Below the pieces are notes generated by a model. That model had not been told where the DNA came from. It ran no database searches and saw only the letters and a list, made by a program, of their open reading frames with translations. From Alphaproteobacteria bacterium (GTDB taxonomy: Bacteria > Pseudomonadota > Alphaproteobacteria > Rickettsiales > SXRF01), in contig JBKDKX010000006.1 of the NCBI GenBank assembly GCA_046344715.1, forward strand, positions 96,826 through 160,825: a stretch of 64,000 nucleotides of DNA. The letters run 5' to 3'. Of this stretch, positions 47,089 to 56,182 are shown in pieces. Made by a program: the position numbers and the translations under genes. Within the stretch, counting starts at the first letter, position 1. Each line of letters begins with the position of its first letter.

Positions 47089-48486
47089 CTAATTTCTGGC
47101 GCGACTGATGCGAACTATCAACGGATGGCGAAGTTTCAGCGAAATCCCGGGCTTCATGCAGTTACCAACTTTGTTGAGCGCCACTACATCAAACCACGGC
47201 AGTAATTTTGCAACCACGGTACGCGCTTCCATATCTACAAAACTGTGGCCGCTGCATTTGCGCGGCCCCAGCGAAAAGGGGAAATATATACCTGGATCAA
47301 TGGATTTTTCAGCATCACCCAGAAAACGCTCTGGAATGAAGCTGTTCGGCTCGCTCCACCATTTTGGATTGCGGTGCATTGTAATATGTGGCACTGCGAT
47401 AACCGTGCCACGCGGAACCTTTAAATCACCAAACTGGTCATCCTCTATTGCCTGCCTGCCTGCCAGCCAGAAGGGTGGGTATAGACGCATGGTTTCCTTC
47501 AACACCACAGACAGATAGTTCATTTCCTGAAGCATGTCATAGGTCAACGCAGCACTATCTGGCATAGCAAGACATGGGGCACAGCTAATGATATCTTCGC
47601 GCAGTTTTTGTTTAATGGCGGCATGATCATCTAGCGCGTACCATATCCACTGCATCATGATAGAAGTGCTCTCAAAACCAGCAAAAACCATGGTTACTGC
47701 GTGGTCGCGTATATCCTTATCAGCAAAATATTCAGGGTTTTCTTGTTGCGCCTTCATGAGTAGGGCTAGGAAATTTTTAGGATCATGAAGCCCTTGCTTC
47801 TTGTATTTTTCGGTTAATTGCAGTAATTGCGCATCAATGTAACTCAATGCGCGGCGAAAACGAAAATACGATGGTGCACACATATATTTTCGCATGTCAA
47901 TTTTGGGGAAAATCCGTAAATTCCTCAGATATTCTATCAGAACCGAATATGCGCTATGCAGGTCTTGTACCGTTTTGTCGTCAATATCCTTGCCGAAGAT
48001 AGTTTTAAGGATAACTTCGGTTGTTATCTTTGCCATTTCTTCGGTGATATTAATATCTATGCTGCCATGCTCGGTGAGTTTCAGCCACTTGTTCTTATAT
48101 TTTTCGCTTACTTCATTTACGATATCAAAATAATCGTGGCTGATGCGTTCACGGCTGAACATCGGCTGGACTTTCGGGCGATCTCTGCGCCATTTCTCGC
48201 CATTACTTACCAGTATCCCTTGGCCGATTGCTGATTCAAACCGTATGTAGGCATCGCTTTTCCGGTAATTCTTATGATTATCAACTAAAACATGCCTGAC
48301 CAAATCAGGATGGTTAAGCAGCAATGTGCGCTGCCCCATGATTTTAACGGCTATAATATCGCCATCCTGCCTTGAGTGTTCCATCACTGCACCAATGCTG
48401 TCACGAATAATAGGAATCGCAAGCCCTATGAAAGGCAATCCCTTAAGTTCAACTACCTTATAGTCTGTTTTTTGCGCTTCCTGCAT
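47089..48486 (-). CDS. Cytochrome P450 (CYP4/CYP102-like E-class appearance)
   Basis: 465 aa. I-helix FAGFESTS, ExxR ETMRLYPP, heme loop [13 protein letters not shown]. Confidence 0.85.
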   Translation of the reverse strand: MQEAQKTDYKVVELKGLPFIGLAIPIIRDSIGAVMEHSRQDGDIIAVKIMGQRTLLLNHPDLVRHVLVDNHKNYRKSDAYIRFESAIGQGILVSNGEKWRRDRPKVQPMFSRERISHDYFDIVNEVSEKYKNKWLKLTEHGSIDINITEEMAKITTEVILKTIFGKDIDDKTVQDLHSAYSVLIEYLRNLRIFPKIDMRKYMCAPSYFRFRRALSYIDAQLLQLTEKYKKQGLHDPKNFLALLMKAQQENPEYFADKDIRDHAVTMVFAGFESTSIMMQWIWYALDDHAAIKQKLREDIISCAPCLAMPDSAALTYDMLQEMNYLSVVLKETMRLYPPFWLAGRQAIEDDQFGDLKVPRGTVIAVPHITMHRNPKWWSEPNSFIPERFLGDAEKSIDPGIYFPFSLGPRKCSGHSFVDMEARTVVAKLLPWFDVVALNKVGNCMKPGISLKLRHPLIVRISRARN

Positions 48487-48565
48487 AATCAGAAATGACT
48501 GTTATATCCAACTAAGTTATATATTATATTACAGGTGTTTATAGCAATATGTTCAGGGTAAGTAA

Positions 48566-50125
48566 ATGAGCCAGTCGAAAGAGTGCATCAGCCGATGGAA
48601 AACACTGCTGCCTGAAGGAAGAGTGTTGCCCGAAGCAAGGCTTACAGATTACCAGCAGAACTGCCTAGGGGTAACTAGGCGTATCGTTACCGCAATTCAG
48701 CCACAAACTGAAGCAGAGATTGTAAGTATTATTAACATTGCCAACCAGTATCAGCTTCCAGTGTACACTATCAGCACAGGTCATAACTGGGGTTATGGTA
48801 CCAGTCTGCCCGCAGCTGATGATTGCGCAATACTGGATCTTTCGCGCATGAACAAAATTCTTGCTATGGATGTCGAATTGGGTCTGATTACACTGGAGCC
48901 TGGCGTAACTCAGCAGCAACTATATGATTATCTCCAACAACATAGACTGAATTACTATGTACCCACCACCGGCGCAGGGCCTTCCGCAAGCATCGTAGGT
49001 AATGCTCTTGAGCGCGGATTTGGCATGGCACCGGAAGAGGATCATTTCCGTGCTGTGACATCTATTCGCGCTGTACTCGCAGATGGCAGCATCTATATAT
49101 CACAACTTGCAGCAATCGGCGCAACGCAGGCAGGCGTATGGAAATGGGGAACAGGCCCTTATCTTGATGGCCTGTTCAGCCAGTCCAATATGGGAATTGT
49201 GACGTCCATGCAGATTTCACTGGCAACAAAACCGGAACATACTGAATTATTTGTATTCACCTTGAAGAAACGTCAGGCGATAGAAGAATTTATTTCACCT
49301 ACGCGGCATTTGTTACGTGATGTACCTGGCAACATTGGCAGCATGAAATTTTTTAACAATACCTACCAAAAATTACTTTCCGGTGCGGATGTCCGTAATG
49401 GGCTACTGCGAGAAGCAGAATGGACAGGTTTTGGGCTATTTAGATCAACACACAGCATGGCCTCTTCTATACGCAAACAAATAGGCCAGCGACTAAAGCC
49501 ATATTGCAGCCGTATTATTTTTACAAACGACAACAGGCTAAAAGTACTCAAACATGCAGCAGGTTTTGTAGGGGGAAGTAAAGGACATTTCATTCGTAGT
49601 CAGATTGAACAGGGGCAATATCTGCTGGATCTGGCAAACGGCATTCCCCGCTCTAATGCCATGCGTATTCTGTATCAACATATTCCATCCCCTCAAGATT
49701 TTAATACTGATCCGATTAAAAATGGCGTGGGTCTTATCTGGTATCCACCAATTATTCCCCTCACGAGCGATCATGTGAGAGAATGCGTAGATATGGTCGG
49801 CACTATCTTATCAAAGTATTATTTTCCTCCGGCCATATTATTCACGTCAGCTAACGAAAAATGTGCGATTGGGGCAATCCCTATAATCTATAAAAAACCG
49901 GAAGAGGCAGAAAATGCCATGCGCTGTTATGATGAGTTAGTAAGTCAGGGAAACCGTATCGGTTGCCCACCTTACAGGCTAAACGTGGAGGCTATGAAAC
50001 ATCTACCATCACAACTAGATTCAGGATACCAGACAGTTGCAAAGTCAATCAAACAAGCTCTTGATCCAAAATATATTCTCTCACCTGGAAGATACGATCA
50101 CGGCCAAAAAACTAATAAATCCTAG
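48566..50125 (+). CDS. FAD-linked oxidase (PCMH/VAO-type FAD-binding domain)
   Basis: 519 aa. ISTGHNWGYGTSLP...ILDLSRMNKILAMDVELGLITLEPGVTQQQL is typical of the VAO/4-cresol-dehydrogenase-type FAD domain. It is divergent from the P450 gene across 79 nt. Confidence 0.65.
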   Translation: MSQSKECISRWKTLLPEGRVLPEARLTDYQQNCLGVTRRIVTAIQPQTEAEIVSIINIANQYQLPVYTISTGHNWGYGTSLPAADDCAILDLSRMNKILAMDVELGLITLEPGVTQQQLYDYLQQHRLNYYVPTTGAGPSASIVGNALERGFGMAPEEDHFRAVTSIRAVLADGSIYISQLAAIGATQAGVWKWGTGPYLDGLFSQSNMGIVTSMQISLATKPEHTELFVFTLKKRQAIEEFISPTRHLLRDVPGNIGSMKFFNNTYQKLLSGADVRNGLLREAEWTGFGLFRSTHSMASSIRKQIGQRLKPYCSRIIFTNDNRLKVLKHAAGFVGGSKGHFIRSQIEQGQYLLDLANGIPRSNAMRILYQHIPSPQDFNTDPIKNGVGLIWYPPIIPLTSDHVRECVDMVGTILSKYYFPPAILFTSANEKCAIGAIPIIYKKPEEAENAMRCYDELVSQGNRIGCPPYRLNVEAMKHLPSQLDSGYQTVAKSIKQALDPKYILSPGRYDHGQKTNKS

Positions 50126-52173
50126 AAATTTGCGGTGAGCGTGACATAAAAGCTTCTTCCTATCTCGGTTGGAGAGATATATGTGAATGGTATAAATTCT
50201 TGATGCCGGTCATCAAACAGATTCTGTCCAACAAGGCTTACTTCCATACCATCCTGTATTAGATAAGAAATGCGCGTATCAAAGCGCTGATAGCCATTGA
50301 TATTGGCACGCCCCTTCAGATCATCATTCAGATATAACATATTGGTCATTTCCAGCCCATCTCCAAAAGAATAGGTAGAGAAAATATTGAACATATGCTT
50401 AGGCTGCTTGCCTATGACGGAATAAAAATCTGTCTCGTCTTTCTGATCAATCGTCAGCCCAAGATAACTGTATGCACCAGCTAGCTGCCAATCGTTGGAA
50501 ACATTCCATTTCCCTGACACTTCCAGACCATAAGAATGCCCTGTCTTGCTGTTTGCCGTGGTAAGCGGCCATAAGAGGTATGTGCCCATGTTTACAGGAT
50601 CGCCAAACCGGCCATTGAACAACTTGTCATAGTCATTATAGAAAACCGCAACATCCACAGAAGATGTTTTGGTAGGCTGAATACGATATCCCATTTCGTA
50701 CGCGGTCAGCTCTTCTGAATCAACTGCATCCAGACCTCTGGCAGCAACCAGCGTTGGAATGCCTGCGAAGAAAGGAGCACTGCCAGGAGGTAAAATTGCA
50801 AGACTTAGATGGCCATCATCCGTAAAACGGCTGGGCGTATGCACCGCGCGTGATACCGATGCCCAGACCGTCTGGTCTTCATCCGGCAGCCATGAAATGC
50901 GCGCGCTTGGCTGAATTTCCACGCCTGTGTAATCATTATGCTCAAACTTGGATCCAAGCGTCAGAAACACTTCTTTCTCATAGAGCGGCATTTTATCCTG
51001 CACGAACGCATTAAATAAATTGTCGCTGCGGCGCTGTGGTGTGAGTGCGTATTGCTCAGATGCCGGCGAATTCTCACTGCGTATCAGGCGATATCCCGTA
51101 CCCCACACCACCTCATGATTTTCCCAGCGTGTCCATACGTGCTGGAAGTCTATGTCCAGCGTGCCGGTAGTATCATTAAAGAAAGCGGTTTTTCTGGCGG
51201 CATTATCCACATACATCTGGAGCGATGCCTGTGAATCCTCGGCAAATTCCTCTTCCCACCGCCCCAGCAGGTTAAATCCATTCGCCCTAACACCCTCAGA
51301 CTGCCTTGCATAGCCCGCAGCACCCAATTCAGGAAATGTAAATCCCGTGTTTGCGTCCATGTAGTAAATATCACCTTGCACGGTCAGGCTGCGTGAATCC
51401 GTAATCTGTGAATCACTACGGAATCCTGCCTGACTGCGTTTCCAGGAATCTCCGGCATTCGCGCCTGTCACCGTTTGTTCGGAATCATAGGCACTCTGCT
51501 TGGCATACATGCGTACATAGCCTTTTTCACCCATCTGTGTACCATAACGCCCACCCACAATACCATCCACCTGCGTACCGAAAGCCGCCGTTGCTAGGCC
51601 ACCTTCCGTATCTTCCGTATGTTTAGTGATGATGTTAATTACACCATTTACTGCATTAGCTCCCCACAGCGTTGCCCCTGGGCCACGAATAACCTCGATG
51701 CGATCAATATCTTCAAGCATCGTATCCTGCATGTCCCAGATCACGCCAGAAAACAGCGGTGAATAAACGGTGCGGCCATCAATCAGCACCAGCAGCTTGT
51801 TGGAGAACTGGTCGTTAAACCCGCGCGATGTCACTGTCCAACCGTGAGATCCAGATTTAGTCACCGTAATACCCGGCACCATGCGCAGCACTTCCGGAAT
51901 CACAGTAGCACCTGAACGCTTGATATCATCTTGCGTGATTACAAAAATGGCCGCCGCCGCCTCGGTTTCTTTTTCTGCTCGCTTGGATACAGAGGTTACC
52001 TCAAGCTCGGTAAGCTCCTTGAGTGACATATTTAGGAGATCTTTTGTGGTATATTTTGCTTTCGCGGCATGGGAAACCGCAGGAATGCCTGCAACTAGCA
52101 CGGATGCGACCATGCCAACAAATGCCTTGGATATATCTGAGTACCGCTGGCTATTCTTATTTAATAGCGACAT
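50122..52173 (-). CDS. TonB-dependent outer-membrane receptor
   Basis: 683 aa. Signal peptide, plug motifs LVLIDGRTVYSPLFSG and IEVIRGPGATLWGANAVNGVINIITK, a beta-barrel, and a terminal ..TLTANF. Confidence 0.85.
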   Translation of the reverse strand: MSLLNKNSQRYSDISKAFVGMVASVLVAGIPAVSHAAKAKYTTKDLLNMSLKELTELEVTSVSKRAEKETEAAAAIFVITQDDIKRSGATVIPEVLRMVPGITVTKSGSHGWTVTSRGFNDQFSNKLLVLIDGRTVYSPLFSGVIWDMQDTMLEDIDRIEVIRGPGATLWGANAVNGVINIITKHTEDTEGGLATAAFGTQVDGIVGGRYGTQMGEKGYVRMYAKQSAYDSEQTVTGANAGDSWKRSQAGFRSDSQITDSRSLTVQGDIYYMDANTGFTFPELGAAGYARQSEGVRANGFNLLGRWEEEFAEDSQASLQMYVDNAARKTAFFNDTTGTLDIDFQHVWTRWENHEVVWGTGYRLIRSENSPASEQYALTPQRRSDNLFNAFVQDKMPLYEKEVFLTLGSKFEHNDYTGVEIQPSARISWLPDEDQTVWASVSRAVHTPSRFTDDGHLSLAILPPGSAPFFAGIPTLVAARGLDAVDSEELTAYEMGYRIQPTKTSSVDVAVFYNDYDKLFNGRFGDPVNMGTYLLWPLTTANSKTGHSYGLEVSGKWNVSNDWQLAGAYSYLGLTIDQKDETDFYSVIGKQPKHMFNIFSTYSFGDGLEMTNMLYLNDDLKGRANINGYQRFDTRISYLIQDGMEVSLVGQNLFDDRHQEFIPFTYISPTEIGRSFYVTLTANF

Positions 52174-52257
52174 ACTTCTCCCAACGCCATTAGATGTTTC
52201 ACCTAATGCATTAGAAGAATTTGTTTAATAATGAATTAATACAACGATTAAAACGTT

Positions 52258-53040
52258 TTATGCACGTTCAACAAGGTAAAGCCCTGAATTTTCCTGCTGC
52301 GCAGGCATAAATACCTTCCTTGGCTCGTAGAATCCTTTGACATCAACAGGTTCCCTGTCGTGCGATACCTCTAGTAAATGACTGAGCTGTGATTCTGTGA
52401 TATACCACTTAATATCCGGATGTATCGGGTTTTCCGGCACTTGTACATCCATGCGTATCTTGGTGGTTTTTACACCAAATCCATTTGCCACCAAACGCCA
52501 GTTTCGCGCAAGCGGCAGTGTTGATTTTGCAAAGAGGAAATGTATCTTTGCGTTAATCACCTTCTCGTACATGATGCTACAGAGATTGTAGAAAATATTA
52601 TCATCGCTTCCGCTGTCTTCCATTACAGCAAAACGGGATATCTCACCATGTCTGAAAAGCTTTAACGGATATTCTGGAAATTTATCACGCAGATGGAAAT
52701 CTTTGCCCTCCATCGGTAAATCCCAATTTTCTTCTGGGTCACGGATAGTAAGCCTGCATCCACCAAGACAGAGCTTACCACGCCTTGCAATCAATATATG
52801 ACTCACCTTATCGTATATATCTTCTTCACCACTGAAAAGATCGGTATTGAACATCTTGCGATACATCGCCTCACGCAACACAAAATACTGGTGCAGCAGG
52901 GCGCGATCATCGGTGAATTCGTACACTATCGGTTCATTACCGCCATATGCGTTCGCCAGACGATTGACCATGGTTGCCTGAACGGTTTCAAGGAACGTGT
53001 TGGGTTTTGAGTTATCGCTATGTATGGTAGGCTTGGTCAC
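52258..53040 (-). CDS. LuxI / N-acyl-amino-acid-synthase-like acyltransferase (GNAT-fold autoinducer-synthase superfamily), tentative
   Basis: 260 aa. LREAMYRKMF...EEDIYDKVSHILIARRGKLCLGGCRLTI...HGEISRFAV matches the R..vF / E.D.YD / G..RL / E.SRFav signature I recall for LuxI and NAS enzymes. Confidence 0.45.
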   Translation of the reverse strand: MTKPTIHSDNSKPNTFLETVQATMVNRLANAYGGNEPIVYEFTDDRALLHQYFVLREAMYRKMFNTDLFSGEEDIYDKVSHILIARRGKLCLGGCRLTIRDPEENWDLPMEGKDFHLRDKFPEYPLKLFRHGEISRFAVMEDSGSDDNIFYNLCSIMYEKVINAKIHFLFAKSTLPLARNWRLVANGFGVKTTKIRMDVQVPENPIHPDIKWYITESQLSHLLEVSHDREPVDVKGFYEPRKVFMPAQQENSGLYLVERA

Positions 53041-53122
53041 GGCAGTTAATCCTCTTTATTGAAATTAACCATTTATTAGCAATTTATCCACAGGTCAATA
53101 GGAATTTTTTGCCTATATATCG

Positions 53123-53454
53123 CTATTCTATCACCTCCAGCCTGTGCATGTCTTCTCCAACTTGCTTGATATTATCGAATTTTGACAAATTGTGACTTTC
53201 CGGCAACTCATCATAGGTAAGGGGCTGCCTGTGGATATAGCGTGGCTTATCCACAAATGCGCTCAACTGCTCACGCGGGAGTGCCCATAAAACGGGGTTT
53301 TTTCACGTTTCAGGTATAGTTTCTGTATCCGCTTGCTCACCGCCGTGCCCTGATGCTGAACCGGTAGAGCCGTAAAAATCATCTGCGATTCTAAAACGTC
53401 AATCTCAATACATGTCAGATGAGGGAAGTCATCCACACACTGCGTTATATTATC
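53123..53454 (-). pseudogene. Possible frameshifted gene remnant
   Basis: Two open stretches in adjacent minus-strand frames. 53454-53263 reads ..VDDFPHLTCIEIDVLESQMIFTALPVQHQGTAVSKRIQKLYLKREKTPFYG.. and 53302-53123 reads ..ALPREQLSAFVDKPRYIHRQPLTYDELPESHNLSKFDNIKQVGEDMHRLEVIE*. They overlap at an A6C4 run (about 53303-53294). I do not recognise the family. Confidence 0.3.
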
Positions 53455-53624
53455 TTACGATGTACGCTGCCGCACCTATGCAACAATCGCCCCCTGCAAT
53501 ACAAACCATGCTGTAACGTTAGGTTTGTAGATACGATCCGTTCTGTGCACAACAACGCCAAACTATTGTTGTATATCGGCAGTTATTCACCAAATCACGC
53601 AGATAAATCAACCAGCTCTTGCAA

Positions 53625-54152
53625 TTATTTGGTTTCCACGAGTGTTTTCAAGTTAGCAAGCCCCTTCTCAAACTGTTCACCCACCATTTTTTCACAGTCA
53701 AAAATCAGGCTTGCCAATTTGCCCATGAAGTTGTTTTTGCCGTACATACTCCACGTCACCTCTGTCTGGCCGCTAACATCCTTGAAAGAAAATTCAGCAG
53801 TGCTCTGCCCTGCCATAGGTTCTTTAAAATCCATATCGAAACGAATACGATCGGGACGGCTTTCGGCAATCGTCATACTGCCAACACCTACATCCATGTT
53901 GCCCGCCCAGCTCATTTTTGCGCCGACACCTGCATCGGGCCCTTCAAAATTACTGGTGGCGTTAGGATCGAGCTTTTCCCATGGTGACCATGCTTTCCAG
54001 TTTTGCAGATTATTCACCTGTGCAAATATTTCGCTGGCCGGAGCATTCATAGTAGCAGAACGACTTACCTTAAATTCATCTGGCTGCTGGGATGCAACCA
54101 TAGCAACCGCCGCAATAATAAAAACTACACCGAGCAGAAGTTTCTTAAGCAT
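53625..54152 (-). CDS. SRPBCC (START/polyketide-cyclase-like) family protein with a signal peptide
   Basis: 175 aa. MLKKLLLGVVFIIAAVAMVAS, then ..APASEIFAQVNNLQNWKAWSPW...VTWSM.G.N.FMGK, typical of SRPBCC proteins. The 279-aa plus-strand ORF opposite it is a shadow. Confidence 0.6.
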   Translation of the reverse strand: MLKKLLLGVVFIIAAVAMVASQQPDEFKVSRSATMNAPASEIFAQVNNLQNWKAWSPWEKLDPNATSNFEGPDAGVGAKMSWAGNMDVGVGSMTIAESRPDRIRFDMDFKEPMAGQSTAEFSFKDVSGQTEVTWSMYGKNNFMGKLASLIFDCEKMVGEQFEKGLANLKTLVETK

Positions 54153-54168
54153 ATACTGTCCTTTTTAT

Positions 54169-54873
54169 TTAGAGATTTCTAACGGAGTTACATTTTGTAT
54201 TGAGGGAACCCAAGCCGGTAATAAGCGATTCCGGACTGCCGTCAAATACATCTATTAATGTTGCCATAGCGATATCAGAAGATGCACCACGTTTTCTCAG
54301 CCCGGCAATAATGCCTGCCTTGTCAGCAGGATTTTGTTCCTGACTAAGCTTGGCTGTAAGATCAAAACTCTCAATGGGGATACGAAATCCAGCGATTAAA
54401 TCACGCCATTTGGTAAATGTAGCAGGATCAATTTCCTGCACTTTCCAGCCATCCGCTGCCTCATGTGCGGCAACTAAATCACTAATCTGGGCAGTAAGAT
54501 GTTCGGTATCCATTGCCTGGAGTGTGCCGCGAAATGTTGCATTCACATAATCATATGTTGGAGCGGTTTTACTGCGATCTGGTTTATCGCCTGCAAAGCG
54601 CGCCGTGTACCAACTGGGTGAAATTGCTGCACTCGGACCGCTCACAACAATCGTCACCTTCGCACCATTTTGCAAATAAGGCATGATCGGGTTTTCTTTT
54701 GCCAGATGAAATTCCACCATACCATTGGCGGTTACTCCCTGCCTGAATGTTAAGGGAGCATGCGCCGTGATTGGCCCATCAGGGCTATTCACTGAAATAG
54801 TAGCGAACGGAAAACACTCTATCAATGTTTTGAGTACCCGCGGGTCTTGTTGTTTGAAATGTCCGTAATGCAT
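54169..54873 (-). CDS. FMN-binding negative transcriptional regulator (PaiB family)
   Basis: 234 aa. The N-terminus H..FKQQDPRVLKTLIECFPFATISV...ITAHAPL fits the PaiB pattern. Confidence 0.6.
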   Translation of the reverse strand: MHYGHFKQQDPRVLKTLIECFPFATISVNSPDGPITAHAPLTFRQGVTANGMVEFHLAKENPIMPYLQNGAKVTIVVSGPSAAISPSWYTARFAGDKPDRSKTAPTYDYVNATFRGTLQAMDTEHLTAQISDLVAAHEAADGWKVQEIDPATFTKWRDLIAGFRIPIESFDLTAKLSQEQNPADKAGIIAGLRKRGASSDIAMATLIDVFDGSPESLITGLGSLNTKCNSVRNL

Positions 54874-54890
54874 AACAACAAAAATAAAAA

Positions 54891-54967
54891 TGGTGGGTCC
54901 GGGAGGATTTGAACCTCCTACCCCCGCCTTATCAGAGCGGTGCTCTAACCAAATGAGCTACGAACCC
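54891..54967 (-). tRNA. tRNA-Ile (anticodon GAU), CCA encoded
   Basis: Reverse complement: GGGTTCG TA GCTC ATTTGGTTA GAGC A CCGCT CTGATAA GGCGG GGGTA GGAGG TTCAAAT CCTCC CGGACCC ACCA. The cloverleaf folds by hand: 7-bp acceptor stem, 4-bp D stem, 5-bp anticodon stem, 5-bp T stem. Confidence 0.9.
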
Positions 54968-55102
54968 ATGCCACAGAAGCAGCAAAGAGGCACGGTTTTA
55001 GGGGGCATTCATGCAAAAGTCAAATCATTTGCCGTAATAACCAACCAAATGGTAAGTTATTGAATTTATTGCCATCAAATCATTGATAGAGCATTTTCGC
55101 TT

Positions 55103-56146
55103 TTAATCCGCTGATGAACGGGTAACGCAGTTGCGCCCTTTGTGCTTGGATTGGTACAGCGCGTCATCGGCGCGCTTCATAAGCGTTGGTAACGTATCAC
55201 TTGTGTGGCGGAATTTTGCAACACCCATGGAAACCGTAATTGTACCAAATGTTTCGCCGGTATCTTTGCGTTTAAGCTCTTTGCTTGCAATGGTAGCGCG
55301 AATCATGTCGGCCACTTTCATTGCACCTTCAATAGGCGTTTCCGGCAATATCACCACAAATTCTTCACCGCCAAAACGCGCCACGACGTCGCGGCCTTTG
55401 AGCACCTCGGTCAGCGTACGTGCCACGGTTTTCAGCACTTCGTCACCCAGCAAATGCCCATACTTATCATTAAATTTCTTGAAGAAATCGATGTCGATCA
55501 TGATCAGGCAAAGCTCGGTCTGCTTTTCTTTTGCCACCATCGAAAGTTCATCATACATTTTTTCAAATGTTTTGCGGTTGAATACACCGGTTAAGAAATC
55601 GCGCTGAGCCTCGATCGTCACTTGTTGCAAATTTTTACGCAACACCGTAATCTCTTTCTTGGATTCTTCCAGTTTCTCTGTGATTTTTTCACCGCTCTGG
55701 CGCAGTGTGGTAGTTGCGGTTACCAGTTCTTTGAGGGTGTTTTTGATGTTATCATCTTCAAAATCGACGCTGATTTTTTCGATATATTGGTCAACATCCT
55801 TGTTGTAATTTTTCTGCTCACCGGAAAAGTCGGTGACCACCCGCAGCACATCCTGCAACAATTTCTGCGCAGCAAGCGACGCGTCATCCAGTACCTTCTG
55901 GTTACGGTTACCAACGATATATTTGTTGTAGAGATATTTGCTGGTATCGAGCGTAAAGGGTAATTTGTTAGCGTCGATATTATCAATTTCAGCTGCAAGT
56001 TCTTTGTTTTTTCCTTCCGAATATGCAAACCACACCGCATAATTTTCCGGCGTGGGCCGCACCTTATGCGCGTCCATCAATGTCATGGCTTGCTTGGCAA
56101 GTTCATGATCGTTCAGTTGTACAGGGGCGGATTGCAGAGTGTTCAT
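55103..56146 (-). CDS. Diguanylate cyclase (GGDEF domain) with a coiled-coil-rich N-terminal region
   Basis: 347 aa. DFLTGVFNRKTF...RFGGEEFVVIL, with an RxxD-like I-site upstream of GGEEF. Confidence 0.85.
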   Translation of the reverse strand: MNTLQSAPVQLNDHELAKQAMTLMDAHKVRPTPENYAVWFAYSEGKNKELAAEIDNIDANKLPFTLDTSKYLYNKYIVGNRNQKVLDDASLAAQKLLQDVLRVVTDFSGEQKNYNKDVDQYIEKISVDFEDDNIKNTLKELVTATTTLRQSGEKITEKLEESKKEITVLRKNLQQVTIEAQRDFLTGVFNRKTFEKMYDELSMVAKEKQTELCLIMIDIDFFKKFNDKYGHLLGDEVLKTVARTLTEVLKGRDVVARFGGEEFVVILPETPIEGAMKVADMIRATIASKELKRKDTGETFGTITVSMGVAKFRHTSDTLPTLMKRADDALYQSKHKGRNCVTRSSAD

Positions 56147-56182
56147 TGCACCAAGATTAACGGGTTATAGTTAAAAAACCCT

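Noticed and set aside
52174-52257. Cobalamin or other riboswitch upstream of the TonB-dependent receptor or of metH (40010-40062)
   Set aside because: The leaders are only 84 nt and 53 nt. They are too short for a cobalamin or SAM aptamer, and I saw no conserved B12-box-like core.
53084-53437. Chromosomal replication origin, suggested by clustered DnaA boxes
   Set aside because: Perfect TTATCCACA/TGTGGATAA 9-mers also occur inside CDSs (7493-7501, 8479-8487, 32873-32881) and at 15682-15690, so the motif is not specific here. Two of the boxes are explained as codons of the gene remnant. No dnaA, hemE or other origin-linked gene, and no obvious AT-rich unwinding repeats, lie nearby. The question cannot be settled without whole-replicon GC skew.
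53419-54258. 279-aa plus-strand ORF covering the SRPBCC gene region
   Set aside because: The opposite-strand 175-aa ORF has a signal peptide and an SRPBCC-like sequence. The plus-strand translation is Cys/Ser/Leu-rich with no motif and begins in the non-coding gap.
47089-54967. Integrative genomic island inserted at the 3' end of tRNA-Ile
   Set aside because: The accessory genes do lie on the 3' side of the tRNA. However, I found no integrase, and no direct repeat of the tRNA 3' end (gggaggatttgaacc or tggtgggtcc) near the icd boundary or elsewhere in the window. PaiB and SRPBCC genes are ordinary chromosomal genes.
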